Shown: piece after piece, positions 18,259 to 25,800 of the stretch
How positions within the stretch are numbered: the first letter of the stretch is position 1
How the letters are laid out: each line of letters starts with the position of its first letter
Assembly: GCA_041687095.1 (NCBI GenBank)
Contig: JAWLCQ010000001.1
Span: 25,664-89,663 of the forward strand
Source: Phycisphaerae bacterium
Lineage (GTDB): Bacteria > Planctomycetota > Phycisphaerae > SM23-33
Length of the DNA: 64,000 nucleotides
Direction: 5' to 3'
Program-made: the position numbers and the translations under genes
The notes under the pieces: generated by a model
The model's database searches: none
Told to the model about the DNA's origin: nothing
What the model saw: the letters and a program-made list of their open reading frames with translations, nothing else

Positions 18259-18396
18259 AAATCCAAAACACGAAATCCAAATGACAAAAACCAGTCTCCG
18301 ACGCCGCGGGCAACCGGGTGCCCAATGCCACGACTGCGCTGTCTGCCACCGTGCCCCAAGAAACGCTACGGGTTCTGCGAGTCCCTGACGTCTGGG

Positions 18397-18726
18397 TCAA
18401 CGGGGCCAGCGGGTATTAAGGCTTTGCAGCGCAGCGGCGGCCGAGGCGTCGCTGTCGGACTCGGCGGAGGCGCTGACGGCCTGGTCGCGTCGTCGGCGGC
18501 AGAAGGCCTCGTAGTTCATCCCCGCCAGGCGGAGACAGACAGCCGCAATGGTCCCACACAACAGCGACAGTGTGCAGCACAGGGCACCCAATACGAGCCC
18601 AACCGATCCGGCCAGTAGGCCTCCGAGCGAGTAGTCGATTACGTGCGCAGTGCATAGACCTGCCCAGCCGGCGGCGGCGGCCCATGCAATGCAGCAGGAC
18701 CAGAGGATCACGGCCAGCACTTTCAT
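18397..18726 (-). CDS. Small hypothetical membrane protein (109 aa, 2-3 TM, Cys-rich) between MoxR and DUF58
   Basis: MKVLAVILWSCCIAWAAAAGWAGLCTAHVIDYSLGGLLAGSVGLVLGALCCTLSLLCGTIAAVCL.. with SD GAGGTG-6nt-ATG. It is the terminal part of run-through ORF 18397..20469. Confidence 0.45.
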   Translation of the reverse strand: MKVLAVILWSCCIAWAAAAGWAGLCTAHVIDYSLGGLLAGSVGLVLGALCCTLSLLCGTIAAVCLRLAGMNYEAFCRRRRDQAVSASAESDSDASAAAALQSLNTRWPR

Positions 18727-18803
18727 GTTTTGCACCTCTGCCAAGCAGCCAATCAACGAACACCCGCTGCACAACTGGTCTCCAGCCGTCCGGCATTCCG
18801 GTC

Positions 18804-19739
18804 CTACTGCGGGACCGGGACGGTTTCCAGCAGGCGGGCGAAGATCTCGTCCGCCCCGCCCGATGCTCCGTCCTGGGAGAAGCCTCGCGTCACCAGGCGG
18901 TGGGCGCAGACGGCGGGGGCGAGGTCCTTTACGTCGTCGGGGACCACGTACTCGCGCCCCGCCAGCAGCGCCGCCGCCCGCACCGCCTGCCCCAACGCCA
19001 GCGACGCCCGGGGGGACAGCCCGATCGTCAGCTCCTCGCTCCGCCGCGTCGCCTCCGCGATCGACAGGATGTAGTCCTCGATGGCCGGGTCCATCCGCAC
19101 GGCCAGTACCTGCTCCTGCAGCGCCAGCACGTCGGCGGTGTCCATGACGCAGGGCAGATCCGGCAGGCGGGTGCTGGCGGGGCGGAGGCGGAGGATCTGC
19201 CGCTCCACGTCGCGGTCCGGGTATCCGATCCGCACCCGCAGCATGAACCGGTCGAGCTGGTTCTCGGGGAGGAAGTACGTGCCCTCGAACTCGTAGGGGT
19301 TCTGCGTCGCCAGCACCAGAAACGGGGGGCCGAGGGGGTAGGTCTTCCCGTCCTGGGAGACCTGGGATTCGCTCATCGCCTCCAGCAGGGCGCTCTGGGT
19401 GCGGGGGGTGGTGCGGTTGATCTCGTCCACCAGGACGATGTGGGCGAAGACCGGCCCGCGCTTGAAGGCGAACTCCCCCGTCGTCCCGTCGTAGACCGAC
19501 ACGCCCAGGATGTCGCTGGGCAGCAGGTCCGGGGTGAGCTGGATGCGGTGGAACGTGCAGTCGATGCTCCGCGCGACCGCCTGGGCGAGGACGGTCTTGC
19601 CCACGCCCGGGACGTCCTCCAGCAGCACGTGCCCCTTCGCCAGAAGCGCCGTCAGCACCCGGTCCACCGCCTGGGGCTTGCCCAGCAGGACGCGCTGCAC
19701 ATTTTCCCGCAACGCGGTCAGTTTCTGTCGTACGTCCAT
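18804..19739 (-). CDS. MoxR-family AAA+ ATPase
   Basis: Walker A GVPGVGKT, Walker B LVDEINR, and typical MoxR length (311 aa). It is the first gene of the operon with DUF58 and TGase. Confidence 0.9.
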   Translation of the reverse strand: MDVRQKLTALRENVQRVLLGKPQAVDRVLTALLAKGHVLLEDVPGVGKTVLAQAVARSIDCTFHRIQLTPDLLPSDILGVSVYDGTTGEFAFKRGPVFAHIVLVDEINRTTPRTQSALLEAMSESQVSQDGKTYPLGPPFLVLATQNPYEFEGTYFLPENQLDRFMLRVRIGYPDRDVERQILRLRPASTRLPDLPCVMDTADVLALQEQVLAVRMDPAIEDYILSIAEATRRSEELTIGLSPRASLALGQAVRAAALLAGREYVVPDDVKDLAPAVCAHRLVTRGFSQDGASGGADEIFARLLETVPVPQ

Positions 19740-19885
19740 GATCGCCTTTGCTTCTCCGGGGGCTGCCGCAGTGCACGGGGCGTTTGGGCCCCCGTTCGGT
19801 GCTGCGGGGCAACTTCGCGAGGGTCTCGGCTTTTCCTGCCTTTCGCCGACGGCGGCTGCGGGTATTATAAGGGAACGAGTGCCTT

Positions 19886-20530
19886 ATGTTCACAGGGATC
19901 GTACGACACGTAGGACGGGTGGTGCGCCTCGCCCCCACGTCGGCCGGTCGGCGGATCGAGATCGACCTCGGCCCGCTGTGTGCGGGCCTGCGCGCGGGCG
20001 ACAGCGTGGCGGTCAACGGGGCGTGCCTGACGGCGACGACGCTCGCCGCCCCCGTCGTCGCCTTCGACGTCGTCAGCGAGACGCTCGCGCGGACCACGCT
20101 GGGCGCGTTGGCGACGGGGGCCCGCGTGAACCTCGAACGGGCCGTCCTCGCCGCCGACGCCCTCGACGGGCACATCGTGCAGGGGCACGTCGACGGGGTG
20201 GCCGGCGTGCGGCGGATCGATCGCGGCGGGCAGTGGCTCGTCGAGTTCGCCGGACCCCCCGAACTCACCGAGACCATGGTCCCCAAGGGCTCGGTGGCCA
20301 TCGACGGGGTCTCGCTGACGCTCGTGGACGTCGGGAGCGGGACGTTCTCCGTCGCCCTGATCCCCACCACGCTCCGCGACACCACGCTGGAACACCTGGC
20401 CATCGGGTCGAAGGTGAACATCGAAACCGACGTCATCGGCAAGTACGTCCGCAAGATCCTGGAGGGCATGGGAGCGACAACGCGCGGCGGGCTGTCGATG
20501 GATGCGCTGCGCCGAAACGGGTTCGCATGA
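19886..20530 (+). CDS. ribE: Riboflavin synthase alpha subunit
   Basis: MFTGIV... NGACLT ... duplicated lumazine-binding half-domains (VNGVSLT-like DGVSLTLV), 214 aa. Confidence 0.9.
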   Translation: MFTGIVRHVGRVVRLAPTSAGRRIEIDLGPLCAGLRAGDSVAVNGACLTATTLAAPVVAFDVVSETLARTTLGALATGARVNLERAVLAADALDGHIVQGHVDGVAGVRRIDRGGQWLVEFAGPPELTETMVPKGSVAIDGVSLTLVDVGSGTFSVALIPTTLRDTTLEHLAIGSKVNIETDVIGKYVRKILEGMGATTRGGLSMDALRRNGFA

Positions 20531-20591
20531 GAGGAAGCTGTCAGCTCTCAGCTCTCAGCGTTCAGCAGAGGAAGCATCGGCCACGCGGCTG

Positions 20592-20630
20592 TCGCTGAAA
20601 GCTGATCGCTGAAAGCTGAAAGCTGAAAGC
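20592..20630. repeat. Heptamer tandem repeat (GCTGAAA)x4-5
   Basis: gctgaaagctgatcgctgaaagctgaaagctgaaagctg, flanked by (CAGCTCT)x2 at 20551-20564 and (CAGCGAT)x3 at about 20659-20679. Confidence 0.7.
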
Positions 20631-20680
20631 TGCATCTGTTCCCCGATAACCTTCCGATCAGCGATCAGCGATCAACGAAT

Positions 20681-20788
20681 CAACCAGTCAACCAGTCAAC
20701 CAGTCAACCAGTTAACCAGTCAACCAGTTAACCAGTTAACCAGTCAACCAGTTAACCAGTCAACCAGTCAACCAGTTAACCAGTCAAC
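20681..20788. repeat. Octamer tandem array (YAACCAGT) x about 13 immediately upstream of pdxA
   Basis: caaccagtcaaccagtcaaccagtcaaccagttaaccagtcaaccagttaaccagttaaccagtcaaccagttaaccagtcaaccagtcaaccagttaaccagtcaaccaatcaacc: 8-nt unit with C/T alternation at position 1, 108 nt. Confidence 0.8.
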
Positions 20789-20811
20789 CAATCAACCAAC
20801 CACCGATCCTC

Positions 20812-21843
20812 ATGCCAGACGACCGTCCCATCATCGGAGTGACCATGGGCGATCCCCTCGGGATCGGGGCCGAGATCCTCGTCAAGGCCCTGGCCGATCC
20901 CGAGCTTCGCCGGCGGGGGCGGTTCGTTATCTTCGGGGCCAGCGAGCAGCTCGCCTACACCGCCGACCAGCTCGAACTCGACTTCCCCTTCTTCCGCGAC
21001 CACCACGAGAACGTCCGCCGCTACCTGCACGACGTGGTGGTCCTGGACTACGACGAGATCGCCATCCCCCCGGCCATGGAGCGCGGGCCCTCGCGGGTGG
21101 GGGGGGAGGCCAGCTTCCGCTTCGTCGACGATGCCATCGCCGCCGCCCTCGCCGGGGACCTCGACGCCCTCGTCACCGCCCCCATCTCCAAGACCTCCTG
21201 GGCGCTGGCGGGGGTCAAGAAGTACCCCGGGCACACCGAACTCCTCGCCGACCGGACCAAGACCAAACGCGTCGCCATGATGTTCGCCTCCTCCCGCCTG
21301 AAGGTCGCCCTGGCGACGATCCACGAGCCCATCGCCCGCATCCCCAACCTTTTCAACATCGGGTGCGTGCACACCCCCATCGACCTCGCCGACCAGGCCC
21401 TGCGCCAGTGGTGGGGCATCGCCCGCCCGCACATCGCGGTCTGCGCCCTGAACCCCCACGCGGGGGAGGAGGGGCGGTTCGGGGACGAGGAGGAGCGGGT
21501 GATCGGGCCGGCGATCCTCATGGCCCGCGAGTCGGGGATCGACGTCTCCGGCCCCTACCCCGCCGACACGCTCTTCCTGCGGGCGTCGCGCGGGGAGTTC
21601 GACTGCGTCATCGCCATGTACCACGACCAGGGGCTCATCCCCATGAAGCTCCTCGCCTGGGACGAGGTGGTCAACGTCACGCTCGGCCTGCCCATCCTCC
21701 GCACCTCCCCCGGGCACGGGACCGCCTTCGACATCGCCGGCAAAAACCGCGCCGACGCCTCCTCCTTCACCGCCGCCGTCCGCCTGGCGCTGGACCTCGC
21801 GATCCGCCGCCGCGGTCCGCAGCCGCCCCCGACCGCCGCGTAG
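20812..21843 (+). CDS. pdxA: 4-hydroxythreonine-4-phosphate dehydrogenase
   Basis: PdxA signatures across the full length: IGVTMGDPLGIGAEI, ALVTAPISK, GHTE, HIAVCALNPHAGEEG, MYHDQGLIP, SPGHGTAFDIAGK. Confidence 0.9.
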   Translation: MPDDRPIIGVTMGDPLGIGAEILVKALADPELRRRGRFVIFGASEQLAYTADQLELDFPFFRDHHENVRRYLHDVVVLDYDEIAIPPAMERGPSRVGGEASFRFVDDAIAAALAGDLDALVTAPISKTSWALAGVKKYPGHTELLADRTKTKRVAMMFASSRLKVALATIHEPIARIPNLFNIGCVHTPIDLADQALRQWWGIARPHIAVCALNPHAGEEGRFGDEEERVIGPAILMARESGIDVSGPYPADTLFLRASRGEFDCVIAMYHDQGLIPMKLLAWDEVVNVTLGLPILRTSPGHGTAFDIAGKNRADASSFTAAVRLALDLAIRRRGPQPPPTAA

Positions 21844-21867
21844 GTGGCGGACGGGAAACGGAAGGGC

Positions 21868-22097
21868 CTCACGCAAAGGCGCAAAGGCGCAAAGGGAAGA
21901 AGAGGCAGCGGGAAGAAGAAGCCTGCACCGTCCCGCGCACGGCGCGCTTCATGGACGGGATGGACTCGATGGACAGTATGGACGCCATGGACCCGCGGGG
22001 TTCCGCTGTGCGGTCCTCTGCGTAATCTTGAAATCTGTGCAATCCCTCTCTCTCCGAGCTGTTTCTTCCCCTTCGCGCCTTTGCGCCTTTGCGTGAG
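21868..22097. repeat. About 30-bp near-perfect inverted repeat (arms 21868-21899 and 22065-22097, each containing (GCGCAAAG)x3) flanking about 165 bp that include a 23-codon Met-Asp-repeat micro-ORF
   Basis: Arm 1 is ctcacgcaaaggcgcaaaggcgcaaagggaag; arm 2 is cttccccttcgcgcctttgcgcctttgcgtgag (the reverse complement, with one indel). Between them ATGGACGGGATGGACTCGATGGACAGTATGGACGCCATGGAC is an in-frame MDGMDSMDSMDAMD... ending in TAA at 22022. Confidence 0.6.
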
Positions 22098-22250
22098 ACT
22101 TCCCCCGGTTCCCGGTTCCTGGCTCCTGGTTCCTTGGTCCCCCGGTTCCCCGGTTTCGACATTCCCGTACTCCCGCCCTCCCTCCCGCGGTAAATTTGCA
22201 TTTCGCGTCTAAGAACGTCCCTCCTGCGTCGTGATAGGGGATGGAGACCG

Positions 22251-22802
22251 ATGCGGCTCCGGAGACGCTGCATGAAGGGAGACAACCGCGAGGCGGACTG
22301 GGTTCGGTCCGCCATGGCCCGCTACGAGGGCCCCCTGCTCCGCTATGCGTTGCGCATCTGCGGGAGCGAGGAGTGCGCCCGCGACGTCGTGCAGGACACG
22401 TTCCTCCGCATGATCGAGCACAAGGGCCCCGGCGACGACCACCTCGCGGAATGGCTCTTCACCGTCTGCCGCAACCGTGCCATCGACCTCTGCCGAAAGG
22501 AACGGCGAATGACGCAACTGGACGCACCCATCGACACCGCCGCCTGCCCCGCCCCCCCGCCCCCGGCCCTGGCGGCGGCCGCTGAAACCGCCGCCGCCGT
22601 CGCCTCCGCCCTCGACCACCTGCCCCCCAACCAGCAGGAGGTCCTGCGGCTGAAGTTCCAGGACGGGTTCTCCTACAAGCAGATCTCCTCCATCACGGGG
22701 CACTCCGTCTCCAACGTGGGGTTCCTGATCCATACCGGTATCCAGACGCTCCGCCGCTCGCTGCGATCCAGCAGCCCCTCGGCGATCGGGGAAGGAGTCT
22801 GA
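22251..22802 (+). CDS. ECF-type RNA polymerase sigma-70 factor
   Basis: Region 2 (ARDVVQDTFLRMIE, WLFTVCRNRAIDLCRK) and region 4 HTH (LPPNQQEVLRLKFQDGFSYKQISSITGHSVSNVGFLIHTGIQTLRR). GGAG SD before the ATG at 22251; alternative start at 22272. Confidence 0.85.
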   Translation: MRLRRRCMKGDNREADWVRSAMARYEGPLLRYALRICGSEECARDVVQDTFLRMIEHKGPGDDHLAEWLFTVCRNRAIDLCRKERRMTQLDAPIDTAACPAPPPPALAAAAETAAAVASALDHLPPNQQEVLRLKFQDGFSYKQISSITGHSVSNVGFLIHTGIQTLRRSLRSSSPSAIGEGV

Positions 22803-22804
22803 TC

Positions 22805-25800
22805 ATGACGCACGACGACTCACACGACACGATCGCCCCCGCTTTGCTCACCGCGTACGCCCTGGGCGAGTGCGACGAGACGGAGCGGTCCACCGTCGAA
22901 GCCTACCTCAACGCCCACCCCGCCGTACGCGAGGAACTGGAGGACACGCTCCGGATCGGCGGCCTGCTCTCCGAGAGCTTCGCGTCCGAACTCGAAGCGC
23001 CCCCGGTGCTGTCGCTCACCGATGAGCAGCGAAACGCGATTGCCTCCGTAGCGGAGAATCGTCCTGCTCCTCAACTGCCCTGCGCAGTGGCGCAGTGTGG
23101 CGAACCGTCCCGTTCCGCTCGTTCCGCCCCTCCGCCGCTGCGCCGCTCCCTCCGCCTGTGGGTTCCGCTGTCGATGGCGGCGGGACTGGTGCTGGGACTG
23201 GCGGTTATGCACGTTATCCTGGGTTCCGGGGCAAGGGGGACCCCGGAGCCCCACGCTGAAATCATCGTGGCCGGTGCGACCAACGCCGCCACCTCCCCGC
23301 CTCCCGCGCCTGCCCCCGCGGCGGGCGAGGCCCTCGCCGCAGACGAGCCCTCCCTCGCCGCCGGCGAAACCCCGCTGCGCCCGTCCGTCGTACTGGACCC
23401 CGCCCGGGAGACCTCCCCGGACGCCGTCACGCTGGCGGGGAACATCGAAAACGCCCCCGCGATTCCCGGTGAGCCCCCGCGCATCCTCGCCGTTCCGCCC
23501 CCGCCCGTGGCTGCGGACCAGATCGTCTCGCAGATGCGCTTCTCCGAGTCCGACCCCAACGGAGGAAAACCGCTCCTGGACCTGGAGGCCGACTACGCCT
23601 TCCGCTCCGGCAGCGAGCGCTTCCTCCGCCGCCCCGCACCGAAGCGCCCGCAGGTGGCGAGCAACACCATCCAGTACATTCAGGAGCAGCACGAGGGGCT
23701 GCTGGCCCCCAACGCGGGAACGCCCGTGCTCGACCTCACCGTCGACTACGCCCGCGACGGGCTGGACGCCTACCTCCGCCACGCCCTGCCCGATCGGCCG
23801 ACTGTCGCGTACCAGAACGCGGACTACGTCCTGCAGCGGCACGGGGGGCTGATGGCGGCGACTGGCGTCAACAACTGCACGTACGTTGCGGATCAGCATG
23901 GGGGACTGCTCGCGCCCAACGTGGTCACCAATGGGTGTTTGGTCATGGACCGCCACGGTGGGTTGCTGGCGATTGACGGGACAGGGACCGCGGTGATTCC
24001 CTCTCCCGCGGAGTCCACGGGGACACGGGTAACGGGTCTGCTGGTCACGCCCCCCGACTATGTCGGGGGGGTGAACTGGAGCTTGGAGGACACCCTTCGG
24101 ACGCAGTCCGGGGGCGTTGGGTCGCTCACCGTCGGCGGCGAGGGTCGGGACATACACGGTACGTTAACCCGTGGTGCGAGTACTGCCTGCCTCTCCGACC
24201 TCGCCGCCGGCGGTGGGCTTTCGCCCGGCCTTTCCAGCGAACCACAGTACTTCTTCGGTCTGGCGGGCGAGCTGCACATCGGTGGGGAGTACACCCTGGG
24301 GACTCTCGTCCCGACGGCGGGGATCGGCGACTGGGACGCCGACGGCAAGGGGACGTACGAGGCCCCCGGCATCGTCTACAAGAGCGGTGCCGACAGCATA
24401 CTGGACCTCACAGGCGTGACGAGCACCTACACCAGTGGGACGAACATCATCGGCGGCAAGGTGAAGATCGCCTCCAGCGACGCCGTGGAGCCCTTGGCGG
24501 CCGTCGATGTCGAAGCCCTCAAGGAGCAGGCCCGCTCACGCATTTTGGAAAGTCGCTTCGAGGAAGCTCTCCAGGACGTCAACCAGATCCTCCGTCACGA
24601 TCCCCAGAACGCCTTCGCCGCCCAGCAGCAGGTCCTGCTGGCCAACCTCGTCAACGTCCGCCGCGAACGTCGACACCGCCTGGCACTGGGGGCAGGCGAT
24701 GTCTACGGCTGTCGCGAGATCCGCGGGAAGATCAGCGACAACGGACCCGATATGGGCAACCTGATCCTCAACAGCGGCGGAACGTTGAACGGGACCCGCG
24801 AGGTGACGCTGCTGAACCGCGAGAACGACTTCAGCGGCGATGTCACGATGGGCGGGGGCACGCTGCAGATCATCGCCGGAGCCATCCCCTCCGCGACGGA
24901 CCTGATTCTCAACGGCGGCCATGCCACGGTTGCGCCGCCTGCCACAGGCAGCGGCCGCCGGCGCGACCCGCTTCCGTGGTACGACCTGCTCCGCTATCCG
25001 TCCAACTGGGGCAGCACCGGCTGGGCGGGCGAAGCGGGGGGGGCGCCGGTCGCCTCGGACAACGACGCGGATCAGCGTGCGTGGGAGCGACTGAACACGC
25101 GCGTCCCGGAACTGGACCTCCACGGGGTGTCCCTTCGCGACGCGATGGATTCCCTGCGGGACATTACCCAAGCCAACCTGCACGTGAAGTGGCTCGCCCT
25201 GCAGGATGCGGGCATCGATGAGAACATCGAGGTGGAGAACCTGAAGCTCACCGACGTGACCGCCCGGGACGCCCTGCGGGCGCTGCTCGATGCGATCTCC
25301 ACCCAATCCGGGGCGACGGAGGGAGATGCGCTGGCGTACGTCGTCGAGGACGGCGTGGTGACGATCTCCACGGCCAAAGACATCGCCAGGCCCACCATCA
25401 CCCGCGTCTATGACGTGCGCGGTGTGATGTGGCAGGTTCCCGACTTTGATGAACTGATCCGCGATCTCGGGGCGGAGGCGGGCCCCGGTGTGACGGTCGA
25501 TAGCGGGCTGCTATTCGCAGCCGGGCATGGGAGCGCGGATGTGCTCTCTCGCAGCGAAACCGGCCCTTTCATCGATACCACGATCGCCACGTTCTCCGAC
25601 GGAGCACGCCTGCCGTCCGCGCAGATCACCCAAATCACGCTGTTCGGGGACGACGACGACGGCTGCACCCGCTCGGAACGGATGGACAAGATCCGCAGGA
25701 TCATCGCCCAGAACGTCGCCCCGGAGACCTGGGTGCCTCACGGAGACATCGGGGCCTTTAGTGAGTTGAGCGGGCAACTGGTGGTGACCCAAACCCCCCG

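Noticed and set aside
17045-18618. ORFs 17045..18400 (-), 17053..18618 (+), 17370..18284 (+) and 17124..17657 (-)
   Set aside because: Alternative frames or strands over the DUF58 gene with Arg/Pro/Gly-dominated products. The DUF58 signature is only found in frame 16987..18192 (-).
18727-20469. Upstream 580 aa of minus ORF 18397..20469
   Set aside because: It runs through the MoxR gene in a different frame and across the MoxR-ribE divergent spacer, with an Arg/Pro/Gly-rich translation. Only the terminal 109 codons (small membrane ORF) look protein-like.
20592-20788. Tandem 7-8-mer arrays considered as a possible CRISPR array
   Set aside because: Units are only 7-8 nt with no unique spacers. 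They are contiguous microsatellite repeats, not repeat-spacer architecture.
21363-22212. ORFs 21363..22025 (+), 21844..22212 (+) and 21869..22315 (-) crossing the inverted-repeat region
   Set aside because: The first is an out-of-frame overlap of pdxA extended through the spacer. The others span repeat DNA and have Lys/Arg/Gly or Trp/Thr-repeat translations that arise from the tandem repeats themselves.
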